From the IMG/VR virus record IMGVR_UViG_3300032245_001228: a stretch of DNA of 64,000 nt. The stretch is one strand, 5' to 3'. The translations under genes were made by a program, and so were the position numbers. Source of the stretch: an uncultured virus (IMG/VR IMGVR_UViG_3300032245_001228). Taxonomy: Duplodnaviria > Heunggongvirae > Uroviricota > Caudoviricetes. The notes under the pieces were generated by a model, which was not told the DNA's origin, did not search any database, and saw only the letters and a list, made by a program, of their open reading frames with translations. How positions within the stretch are numbered: position 1 is the first letter of the stretch; each line of letters starts with the position of its first letter. Below are positions 18,172-27,461 of the stretch, piece after piece.

Positions 18172-18621
18172 GCGCTTAGTTCCCTATTTTTTTTGTTCCT
18201 AGTATCATAATCCTTAGGAATAAGTAGGTCTGTGTAAATAATCATAGGACACATATAAAAGCCTATGTACTGGTAGCCTGTACACCAATGGATGTCGGAA
18301 CAGGCTGGGCAGTCACCGCCTAATTACACAATCGGTCGTCCTACCGATGTAAAGTCTGACAATGGACAGTGGAGCTATAGCCACTCTTAAACATTTAGGA
18401 TAGCCTAGGCCACTGGTACAAGGGCGACATTATTGTACTGTCTGACATATGCAGGAATAGCGTTGTATCAATATGTCATATTATTTTCTTACTTCAATAT
18501 GGAGTCTGAATTCAAGTAATGTATAAGTACATCCTTTGCGATTCTAAATCGTAATGGCAAGATGTCGCAAGACTTGAATGAAAGAAAATATTTATTATTC
18601 ACCTCAATTGAAAGGATTGTT

Positions 18622-18900
18622 ATGGGAATTCAAGATGACTCATTTGATGTTAATCTTATTGCGACCAAAGAAGGTCTAATAAAGATTAGTCAAATGACTT
18701 TGCTAGAAACGGTCAAAGAAATGAACCGCCGTACAGACTCATTGCTTGAGATCTGTGAATCACACCAAATGCTTATCGAGCAATTGTCCGATAAAGTTAT
18801 TGCATTGCAGGACGCACTTGATAATCTCAAGCCCTGCCAATGCTGTGGAAGCAACCCTTGCCTCGAATCTCTCGATGCAGCTAAACATGGAGACTACTAA
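18622..18900 (+). CDS. Coiled-coil hypothetical protein
   Basis: GAAAGGA RBS before ATG 18622. Confidence 0.6.
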   Translation: MGIQDDSFDVNLIATKEGLIKISQMTLLETVKEMNRRTDSLLEICESHQMLIEQLSDKVIALQDALDNLKPCQCCGSNPCLESLDAAKHGDY

Positions 18901-19118
18901 TGGACATCATTATACCTCTCTTCATTCTAGCCCTCATATCAGCTGTATTTGTGCGAGGTACTGTACGATATGTTGCCGGCAATCCGTGGAAGCTACACAA
19001 ATGTGAGAACCACCAGTTTTATTTTGAGGAACAAGATTGTCGCGGAATATATTGTAGCGTATGCCACAAAGAACTATCCGTTGAATATTATTCTAAAGGA
19101 ATAAGTCGGGAGGACTAA
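18900..19118 (+). CDS. Small TM plus Cys/His protein
   Basis: TAATG overlap; N-terminal TM. Confidence 0.55.
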   Translation: MDIIIPLFILALISAVFVRGTVRYVAGNPWKLHKCENHQFYFEEQDCRGIYCSVCHKELSVEYYSKGISRED

Positions 19119-19309
19119 ACCATGAAAATCCAACTCATTGATGACATACCACGCAAAGGATTGTGTGCCATATGTCACAAGACCAAACTCACAGTAACCG
19201 TATCAATCAAATCAAAAGGAAGTCCTATAATCACCACTGAAGATTGGTGCTTAGAAGACTTCCATACCCTACAAGATAAAACACTAACCCTACACTGAAA
19301 GGTAGAACC

Positions 19310-19615
19310 ATGCTAGTAGAAAAATTTGAAGAAGTAACCGATTATGTAAAGTATTATGGCTTTAGAGTTTACAACCGTGATGGTCGTTCACTTCCTAAAG
19401 GTATGATTAGTTCAATGCGCGTTGAGCAATTGTCAGATGGCACTAACCAAATTGAATACAGTGTTCAAAGCCCTAGTGGTTTTTCACCAGATTCATCAGA
19501 CCATCTTACATACACTATGCCAGTAATTGAAACCTTTGAAAAAGGCAAGGCTGTTGTAGAAATGTATGGACAAATGATCAATTCCTATATCTATGAAAAG
19601 GAAAGTGTAGCATGA
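19310..19615 (+). CDS. Hypothetical protein
   Basis: GAAAGG RBS. Confidence 0.65.
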   Translation: MLVEKFEEVTDYVKYYGFRVYNRDGRSLPKGMISSMRVEQLSDGTNQIEYSVQSPSGFSPDSSDHLTYTMPVIETFEKGKAVVEMYGQMINSYIYEKESVA

Positions 19616-19810
19616 AAACATTTGGACTAATCTCCATATCATTTGCTGCGGGTAGCATCTCAATGATAATGTGTGTTCGCAAAATGTTTAAAACAATGGG
19701 AGAACAGTTATGAAAAAACTTACAGTAATAACCACATCGATTGCTTTTGTTATTGCCGGCATATGGCTCTACATAAAGAAAGCAACATTCTTTAGAATGG
19801 GAGACAAACA

Positions 19811-20077
19811 ATGAGTTACAAGAAACTGTTCTGGGGCTACATGGCATTTAGTGCTATCGTTGGCTTTGCCATTGGTATCATCCGAGGCATTGAGCAAGAA
19901 AAGATCAAGCGTCGTTTGCGTAATAATCCTTTGTTAGCAAGCAAGGCGTTCCAAGAAATTTATACACACTATGATAATAAAGATACAGACTTTCCTGAGT
20001 GGGTAAACACTGACGAGGAAGCTAAGTTCAATAATATCGTAGCGCGTATGAACCACCCTACCTACCGACAGAAATAG
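19811..20077 (+). CDS. Membrane-anchored hypothetical protein
   Basis: GGGAG RBS; N-terminal TM. Confidence 0.6.
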   Translation: MSYKKLFWGYMAFSAIVGFAIGIIRGIEQEKIKRRLRNNPLLASKAFQEIYTHYDNKDTDFPEWVNTDEEAKFNNIVARMNHPTYRQK

Positions 20078-20181
20078 GAATAAGTCGGTAACTCTTCGGA
20101 AGGGAGGTGACCGTTTGTTCGATTGGCTAATTGAACTAATTTCAGATATATTAGACTCTATTTTCAACTAAGGAGAAAATT

Positions 20182-20361
20182 ATGTTAGGCAAGTTTCTAG
20201 GCAAAGTTACTGGCAAATCAGTAGAAGTAGTTACTGCTACGCCAGAATTTGTAAAGACGAACACTAAAGCGACTATGGAAGCACTCAAGGGTGCAAAAGA
20301 CGGATTCGTAACTGACTTCAAGGCTGAGTTCAAAAAGCCTGAAGTAACTAACGAGGACTAA
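20182..20361 (+). CDS. Small hypothetical protein (59 aa)
   Basis: AAGGAG RBS; hand translated. Confidence 0.55.
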   Translation: MLGKFLGKVTGKSVEVVTATPEFVKTNTKATMEALKGAKDGFVTDFKAEFKKPEVTNED

Positions 20362-20439
20362 TACAAAGGTTTGGGCTTGTCCCAAAATAAGCAATAACAC
20401 AATATCATATCCATATAATATACACAATAAGGAATAAAT

Positions 20440-21483
20440 ATGTCATTACTAGAAAAATTCGGTTATAAGAAAGATGACTTTGCAATTGTATTGGAACAGC
20501 CAGATCTGTTCTCGTCAAGCGCAAAGACCACAAAGATTGTAGTTGGTGAAACTACAACTGTTGCTGGTTCAATCAATGGAATTGCTGTTCCAACCACGAT
20601 CCTCGTAAAGGACGCTAACTGGAGCCGTTTGACCGTTCGTGATCACATTGTCAACCGTCAAGATGAGGAACCACGCGTAACGCAAGTATTCGGTGGTGTA
20701 TTCAACAACTTTGTGGCAGATGTCACAGTACAAGTTGACGGCACTGAGATGGCTCTCTATGACTTAATGAAGCAGTTCATTGTTGAAAGCTTCGGCAAGG
20801 GACTTAGCGACGACAAGATCAACGAAATGTTGAACAAGAACCTGTCACTCAATGGCTTGCGCAATGGTGGGCCTCTGATGTTCCAGCAAATGGGTGCTAG
20901 TGAAGCAGGCATCGCACACGCAGTAGAAACATTCCGTTCTGCTGGTGGTGTTGATGATATGCGTTCGGTAGCAAACAGCCCATCGTTCAACACTGCATAT
21001 AAAATGCCAGAAGGTAAGACTGGTCTGGAACTTGTATCGTTTGAACTTGGTACATCTGACCGTAAGCTTTCCAAGACTGGACAGGGCTTCGTAGATATCG
21101 TTAGCGCAATTACTGAGAACTTTGAGCGTGTAGTCAAGCATAAGACTGTCGCTTCTGTACTCAAGGCTGAACTTGACGCAAACCTTGCTAAACTCTCGCA
21201 AGATGAAATCAAGTTGAAGCAGGCTAAGATTGAAGCTGAGCTCAATATGGCTAAAGATTATGTAAACTGCTGGTCTGGTGCTGCGCGTCAAACCAAGATT
21301 GTCAATGGCAAAAAGCAAATCGACAATAAGTATAACGCAGTAAACGCCCCTTGTGGTCGTTGGTCTGTACTTGTTGACAATGCTATCATTGACCTTGATG
21401 TTTGGTCAAACACCACGAAAGCACCAGCAAAGACAGTGGACGCTCAGATTGCAGATATTGCAAACGCTGAGGAACCATTCTGA
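20440..21483 (+). CDS. Hypothetical protein with acidic-PF tail
   Basis: 347-aa ORF ending AEEPF. Confidence 0.75.
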   Translation: MSLLEKFGYKKDDFAIVLEQPDLFSSSAKTTKIVVGETTTVAGSINGIAVPTTILVKDANWSRLTVRDHIVNRQDEEPRVTQVFGGVFNNFVADVTVQVDGTEMALYDLMKQFIVESFGKGLSDDKINEMLNKNLSLNGLRNGGPLMFQQMGASEAGIAHAVETFRSAGGVDDMRSVANSPSFNTAYKMPEGKTGLELVSFELGTSDRKLSKTGQGFVDIVSAITENFERVVKHKTVASVLKAELDANLAKLSQDEIKLKQAKIEAELNMAKDYVNCWSGAARQTKIVNGKKQIDNKYNAVNAPCGRWSVLVDNAIIDLDVWSNTTKAPAKTVDAQIADIANAEEPF

Positions 21484-21655
21484 TCCCTACCCCATAGGAG
21501 TAGTGGGGTTGGCCTGACTGATCGCGGGTCAACCTCACTATAGGATTGTATTGGGTGGTAGGCGAGCACATTCCCGATGAATGCTGCGAACCAACCGTCT
21601 ACCACCTAATACTTTATTATAAAAAAATTTTACCTAATTCAAAAAGGATCAACTC

Positions 21656-21919
21656 ATGAGCACACCACTTGAAATGTTAGATATCCAACGATGGATGAAC
21701 AACGCCGCGTGTAAAGGCAACACTGAAGGAGACTGGTTCCCAGAACAACCAGGTAGGACTCCTGCTATCAAACTAGCAATGGACATCTGTAATCGTTGTC
21801 CAGTAAAAATTGAATGTTTAGAATACGCTATGGCACAACCCAACTTGCATGGCATCTGGGGTGGACTCAGTGCACGCAAGCGTGGAGCCCTTCGAGCAAA
21901 AAGGAACAAAGGTGAATGA
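21656..21919 (+). CDS. whiB: WhiB-family transcription factor
   Basis: W..NAAC...WFP...ICNRCPVKIECLEYA...GIWGG; basic tail. Confidence 0.92.
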   Translation: MSTPLEMLDIQRWMNNAACKGNTEGDWFPEQPGRTPAIKLAMDICNRCPVKIECLEYAMAQPNLHGIWGGLSARKRGALRAKRNKGE

Positions 21920-22292
21920 GTATCCAAACAACTATCCTCGCCATGGCTTTCACATGTGTCATGGCTGTGGGTCTATGGCTCCGCATCATAGCCAAGAAGG
22001 GGCTCCAGATAATGGATGGACATTTGATCTCAATCACTTCGGATACTACGCCGGCTTCACAGATCCGCTCGGAGACCCAGAACAAACAATAAGGCTATGC
22101 CACGACTGCATTGTAAAGTTCCTAGACACATTCCCTCTACTAAGTGTACTCATAGGCAAAGGTTGTCACAGTCCAAACGGCCCAGACGAAAAGCCATGCT
22201 GTCAATATGCATGGAAGGCTGAATGGATCGGTGACAGTGCACTAACCTATTTAGCTTCAGAAGACGGTCAGGACTGGGTTCTACAAAACTAA
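21912..22292 (+). CDS. Cys-rich hypothetical protein
   Basis: GTG start overlapping whiB end; CHGC, CHDC. Confidence 0.6.
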   Translation: MNEYPNNYPRHGFHMCHGCGSMAPHHSQEGAPDNGWTFDLNHFGYYAGFTDPLGDPEQTIRLCHDCIVKFLDTFPLLSVLIGKGCHSPNGPDEKPCCQYAWKAEWIGDSALTYLASEDGQDWVLQN

Positions 22293-22514
22293 TAATACTC
22301 TCTACCTATATGATACTAATAACCAAAGACAGATTTCTTGGGGGCCGAGCGCCAGCGAGGCCCCCTATAGAGTACGACAGTATTCTCTCCTTCTAAAAAT
22401 TTTCCGGTAGTCCTCAGACCGCCGGCAAAAAGAAGAGACAATGTTGCAATAGATACAATACCTATGCTATACTATCCCTAACGGAAATAGACACTAACAT
22501 AAGGAGATTGTAAG

Positions 22515-22730
22515 ATGCCTCGGCAGCATCAATCTAAAGCGATGAAAAAAGTACTAGCTGAACTTGTTCGGTTAGGCTTTAAAGTTGATCAAAAGAAATC
22601 AGGAGTATATCGGATCCTTCCACCAGATGGTGTAGAAGGTCCAATGTATACAACTCACGGCACGGAATCGGCCCTCCATCCGATGCGCCGTGATTTCAAA
22701 AAATATTATAATATAGAGATCAACATATAG
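22515..22730 (+). CDS. HicA-like small protein
   Basis: Helix-GF-beta pattern (LVRLGFKV..KSG), 71 aa, AAGGAG RBS. Confidence 0.5.
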   Translation: MPRQHQSKAMKKVLAELVRLGFKVDQKKSGVYRILPPDGVEGPMYTTHGTESALHPMRRDFKKYYNIEINI

Positions 22731-22961
22731 TTGTCTGTATCCAAGGGAGAGTCCATCGTAACTCTATTAGGTGGTGGTAGAGTATACATTGTGTGGTGGG
22801 CTCTCCCACTTTCTCAACAGTAGCCAAATAATCGGTTAAAAACCGTGGCACTGCACTAACAAAACCTACCCTCCACCCTACCTACACTCCACTATATTAA
22901 CTCCAAACCCTACCAAAAATGTTGTCAAAATCAATAATAGGTCCCCTCTCGGGGGGCAGCC

Positions 22962-23042
22962 CATTATAAATTGATTATAAATTAATTATAACCTATATAA
23001 AACGATATAAAACAATATAACTCAATATAACCCAGTATAAAC
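22962..23042. repeat. About 8 degenerate ~10-bp tandem units with TATAA core
   Basis: attataaatt gattataaat taattataac ctatataaaa cgatataaaa caatataact caatataacc cagtataaac. Confidence 0.7.
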
Positions 23043-23215
23043 ATATCGATACACTTGTGTACACAAACAGTGGCTTTATAAGACACATGTGTACACATAC
23101 TATCTAGAAATAAGTCGCAGTACAATGCCTAGTCCTCCGTGAATAGTATTAGAATAAGATTAGAATAAGTTGTACTCTCCCCTACATAATAAACGTATCA
23201 CGAAAGGATACCTAT

Positions 23216-23647
23216 ATGTTATTTATGATGATGATATGGTTAGCTATAGCTTCAACTGTTGTAGAAATGATGTTCGCGGCGAGGATCCCAGCCTGGCGTA
23301 AGAACGCTCACAAATACAAATGGGTCAATATGACTCTGTCTTTGATGTTATCATTCATCCTAGGTGTAATGTTCGGTGCAGCCGGACTCATCGCCTTGGG
23401 TGCAGCCATGATATCTACAGTATTATCCATCCCAGGCTATGCTATCCTACACTGGAATTATGATTCCAAGGAAGCACAAAAGCATGGTGGTAATATGACG
23501 CATTACCTTCGCGGCAAATGGATGCAAGCATTCAAAGATCTAGCTAAAGTCATATACACAATTATTAGAATAATTACCTTCCCAATCTGGGCAACCAGAG
23601 CAGCAGTACAGAAAATCAACTCTATCAAAGCACGTAGGGCTATATGA
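23216..23647 (+). CDS. Multi-pass membrane protein
   Basis: GAAAGGA RBS; hydrophobic helices. Confidence 0.7.
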   Translation: MLFMMMIWLAIASTVVEMMFAARIPAWRKNAHKYKWVNMTLSLMLSFILGVMFGAAGLIALGAAMISTVLSIPGYAILHWNYDSKEAQKHGGNMTHYLRGKWMQAFKDLAKVIYTIIRIITFPIWATRAAVQKINSIKARRAI

Positions 23648-23933
23648 AATTAGCCATAGCTATAGCCATATTCTTTATATGGTATTTAATGGTTCAACTA
23701 TGATACCATTAATCGTTATTTTACGGGCGATCCACCAGATATTAATCAAAGTAATATTCCCATTCAAAGGACACAATGGACCTAACAAAAGAACAGCTCA
23801 AAGAGATGTTACTTCAAAGCTATAAAGCAATTGATGACATCAACACAGTTGTAGGTCGTCAACAAGATATAATAAAATCACTTACAGAGAAAATTCGTAT
23901 CCTTCAACAACAAGAATTAAACAAGGAATAAAC

Positions 23934-24221
23934 ATGAAAACTAAATCCCAATTAGTCAAACAAGCTAACCAGCTTATTGACGACGCACAAGAATTCGTAG
24001 ACACCTTCAATGAAGACTATGATGACGAAGTAATTGACCTCCTTGAGGTCTTAGATTACCTGGCAATAACAGGTCTAAAAATAGTCAGAATTACCAACGA
24101 AGATGTCGACAAAGAAGGCTTATCAGTAACAGCATACGCATACGCAAAAGCCTTGGAACAAACCGTACAAACTGTCTATACCACGCCTACCAAAAAAGGC
24201 CATCTAAAACTTCTAAAATAG
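23934..24221 (+). CDS. Hypothetical protein
   Basis: AAGGA RBS. Confidence 0.6.
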   Translation: MKTKSQLVKQANQLIDDAQEFVDTFNEDYDDEVIDLLEVLDYLAITGLKIVRITNEDVDKEGLSVTAYAYAKALEQTVQTVYTTPTKKGHLKLLK

Positions 24222-24254
24222 GTAAAAAATTACAAAAAATTTTGCGCCGAAATG

Positions 24255-24327
24255 GCCTTGGTAGCTCAGGGGATAGAGCAACGGACTTCTAATCCGCAGG
24301 TCGTAGGTTCAATTCCTACCCAAGGCG
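24255..24327 (+). tRNA. tRNA-Arg(UCU)
   Basis: Cloverleaf gccttgg/ccaaggc; loop ct-TCT-aa; GGTTCAATTCC. Confidence 0.93.
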
Positions 24328-24382
24328 CCCAATACAAATACAAAAACTACACGAAAAAATACTATGAATTTAAGGAATTATC

Positions 24383-24787
24383 ATGAACAAATTTCCCCAA
24401 GATTGGAAGGATTGTTACTTTATATTCTATAAGGTAAATCCTGACAAAACAATATCATCTGTTGGAACTGTAAAACCAATAGTTCAAGGATCCAAAAAGA
24501 ACGGCACAGAGCTGGAATTCTACGGCGTTAAAGCCGGCAAATACGGCATGTACGTTCCTGGAGACGCTGAACAATGGGGTATCTTTCAGAACAACAATGG
24601 TAACTGGAGTATGTGCTTTTCAGGCGAACTACCTGAGCCATATACAAAAAGCCTCATCAAATTGCCTGATGGAAGAATGGCATTCCTCCGTCGTGGCAAA
24701 GCAAATATGAGTATCTCTATATCATTAACACAAGACACTAAAATCCTAAATTACTACCGTAAAGCACAGATAAGGACTATATCATGA
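24383..24787 (+). CDS. Hypothetical protein
   Basis: AAGGA RBS. Confidence 0.65.
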   Translation: MNKFPQDWKDCYFIFYKVNPDKTISSVGTVKPIVQGSKKNGTELEFYGVKAGKYGMYVPGDAEQWGIFQNNNGNWSMCFSGELPEPYTKSLIKLPDGRMAFLRRGKANMSISISLTQDTKILNYYRKAQIRTIS

Positions 24788-25386
24788 GTACCATCCGCAT
24801 CATCCTTCCAGGAAACGTCACTGTAGAAACAGACGTAAAAACAGGCACAGAGCTCTTGCGCGAACTGAGCATGGTAAAGCCACCAGCTGAAACCATCGAT
24901 AGAATCAAGCTCAACAACGCTCTGCTTGCCCCTAAAGTAGCTGCTGAACTTGAATCAGTTGAGAACTCTAAACCCGCTAAGGCAGTAAAAACAATCATTG
25001 CAGATCTTCCAGTAACTGCACAATTGACGCAGACTCAGCGTGAGTATCTTTCATACTTATTTTATTATGCTCCAAGCAAGACTAAGTCTAAAGGCAAAGC
25101 TGCTTATGTTGCAGCCATTTTAATGGATCGCGAGATCCACACCGTGGCTGAACTAAAGAAAGCAGCCAATGCCCCAACAGCAACTGTAACGTTTGCTATT
25201 CAACGTTTCCGTCAAGCCGGATGCACAGTTGAAACAACAACTACAAACATGCGTGACAAAACTTTAGTGCAGTTAACACGCATGGTCAAACCAAAGCCTG
25301 TAATTAAAGAGGTTCCTGTGGTCATACCCAAAGAAACGATTACAGTTACACCACCAGCTTTTGGTTTTAAAAATCTAACGGTATAA
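24784..25386 (+). CDS. Hypothetical protein, possible winged HTH
   Basis: ATGA overlap; HTVAELKKAAN..TVTFAIQRFR. Confidence 0.6.
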   Translation: MSTIRIILPGNVTVETDVKTGTELLRELSMVKPPAETIDRIKLNNALLAPKVAAELESVENSKPAKAVKTIIADLPVTAQLTQTQREYLSYLFYYAPSKTKSKGKAAYVAAILMDREIHTVAELKKAANAPTATVTFAIQRFRQAGCTVETTTTNMRDKTLVQLTRMVKPKPVIKEVPVVIPKETITVTPPAFGFKNLTV

Positions 25387-25399
25387 TCCGTTAACCAGA

Positions 25400-25521
25400 T
25401 GTCAGTCCTGGGTGGTATAAGTGGCTTTGTTCATGGGACGCTTATATTAGGAACCTTTCGCTTAAACTTCCTGAGAGTTTAAGTCCGCTCCGTTTCCCCG
25501 ATAACGTGAGCCCCAACTGAC
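25400..25521 (+). ncRNA. Candidate multibranch structured RNA
   Basis: Closing tgtcagt/actgaca enclosing three hairpins. Confidence 0.45.
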
Positions 25522-25550
25522 AATTATTTAAAATAAAATAGGAGCAATAC

Positions 25551-25997
25551 ATGGCTTTAGCCACCCGACTTCCAGAGTCAGATATCCCAGCTAATACATT
25601 GGAATTGATCAATGTCCATCATGCGTTATGGGATCGTAAAGATACTGTAGACTATAAGGGAAACAGTTATAATATTTACATCCCTAGTCATGAAGGATTT
25701 GCTTCAGCAATCATTCCTAATTCTGCTGGTAAAAATTTCTTATGGATAACTCAAAATTTAAACAAGCCGTCTTACGGCTCACTTGAAATTAAGAGATCAA
25801 GATCCATAGGAGACGACAAACGTATAACATGGATTGTCGACAATGAAGATGACAAATTTAAATATGTCGGTCTGATTAAAACTTGCGACTACTTTGATGG
25901 ACTCAAGGACATCGTAGTCGAAAAGTATCATGACCAAGTCACAGAAATTGTCTACACAAACGATCCAGGTTACGTTGTAGTTAAATCAAAATACTGA
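25551..25997 (+). CDS. Hypothetical protein
   Basis: AGGAG RBS. Confidence 0.7.
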   Translation: MALATRLPESDIPANTLELINVHHALWDRKDTVDYKGNSYNIYIPSHEGFASAIIPNSAGKNFLWITQNLNKPSYGSLEIKRSRSIGDDKRITWIVDNEDDKFKYVGLIKTCDYFDGLKDIVVEKYHDQVTEIVYTNDPGYVVVKSKY

Positions 25998-26174
25998 CCA
26001 AAAATGTTAGGTACCCGAAATTATATACCTTTGATGCTTTTGCATACATAATATATATATTTCTTGTAATGTTGACTTTTATAAAGTTAACTGTTATAAT
26101 AAGATTTCAATATTTTACAATAAATTATTTACACCTTTATATACCTTCCCAACTCAAATTAAGGACAAATTATC

Positions 26175-26378
26175 ATGGCAAAGCCTTCCAAAACCCCAAT
26201 CATTCAAGAATTTATTTCAATGAATAATGGAAAGATATTTTCCACAAAAGAGATGTGCAAAGAGATCGGCGTTAGCCTTCCAACTCTTCTTGCTTACATC
26301 AAAAACAATCCAGACACCTTTACCTCAATGAGCTATGGCGTCTACAAGATTGAAGTAAACGCACAGGCTACATACTAA
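26175..26378 (+). CDS. Small HTH DNA-binding protein
   Basis: STKEMCKEIGVSLPTLLAYIK. Confidence 0.65.
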   Translation: MAKPSKTPIIQEFISMNNGKIFSTKEMCKEIGVSLPTLLAYIKNNPDTFTSMSYGVYKIEVNAQATY

Positions 26379-26743
26379 AACATATATAAAAATAAAGATT
26401 GAAACTTAAGTTTTATTCTTTATACAGGTACTATTCATATATCGTTAACAAACGATAGCGCAGGTAAGTTATACTTACCCATCCTTCAACCAAGGATATG
26501 TATTGAATAGATACTTGTTACACCACCATATATGTGATAGAATAATACCAATGCCCGTAACCAGCGGGCAGGGGAATAATCCCTAACGTAACAGAGAAAT
26601 ACTGTGAAGTCGGAGATGGCTCACCTTGCCACTGTGACGGGCATTTCGTATATGTCCGCACATCTTCGGTTTCGCAACCTGCGCCGTACTAATGGTTTCC
26701 ATTTCGGAAATCAGACAAAGACGAAAAGGAGCGAACACGGAAT

Positions 26744-27340
26744 ATGCAGAATAAACACAAGAAATCAATTATAGCTGGCTTAGCTATGTACTTAGCTTTA
26801 GCCACAGGAGTTGGTACGCTATTAGCACAACCAGTTCCTGACATGGAACCTCCGAGTACCCGCTGGGTACTTATAAATATTCCAGATATAATTGAAAACA
26901 AAACAACAGACAAGCCAATTGCTTTCAAGCATGGTGATGTATCATGGTTACCAGATCTAGCTATCAAGGTAGGCTGGCCCAAGAAAGCAATACCTCGCTT
27001 AAAGTATATTGTTCTTCGTGAATCAGGTGGTTGTCCTAACCGCATTGGTGGATCCATAGTTGATAATAACTGTAATATCATTGGTCACACAGGTGCTACC
27101 AATACATCCGATTCAGGATTATTACAGATCAACGGTGTTAACTGGGATCCTAAACGATCAGGAACACAAATTGCTTGTGCTCGACTCAAGATATGTACAC
27201 AGGAAGCTATTCTAGATCCTGTTAACAATCTTAGAGTAGGCTTGCTTCTTTATAGAGAAGCTGGCTGGGGACCTTGGGATCCATGTCAATGGGGTCCTGA
27301 GTATGCATCTAAATGCAAATCTACCCCTAAAATGCCTTAA
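26744..27340 (+). CDS. Secreted lysozyme-like (SLT) transglycosylase
   Basis: Signal peptide; RESGG, DSGLLQIN, DPVNNL, GWGPW. Confidence 0.8.
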   Translation: MQNKHKKSIIAGLAMYLALATGVGTLLAQPVPDMEPPSTRWVLINIPDIIENKTTDKPIAFKHGDVSWLPDLAIKVGWPKKAIPRLKYIVLRESGGCPNRIGGSIVDNNCNIIGHTGATNTSDSGLLQINGVNWDPKRSGTQIACARLKICTQEAILDPVNNLRVGLLLYREAGWGPWDPCQWGPEYASKCKSTPKMP

Positions 27341-27371
27341 TGATATTTATCATATAGGTTTATAGGAATAA

Positions 27372-27398
27372 GAAGGGGGTCGAAAGACCCCCTTTTTT
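27372..27398 (+). terminator. Intrinsic terminator
   Basis: aagggggtc-gaaa-gaccccctt plus T-run. Confidence 0.85.
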
Positions 27399-27461
27399 GT
27401 TAACCCAAAAAGATTTTTTTTATGCTAATTCAAAATTATAGCCAAGTCAAACGAAAGGTAA

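Noticed and set aside
26551..26700. c-di-AMP (ydaO) riboswitch
   Set aside because: Gene context fits but the consensus segments were not recognisable
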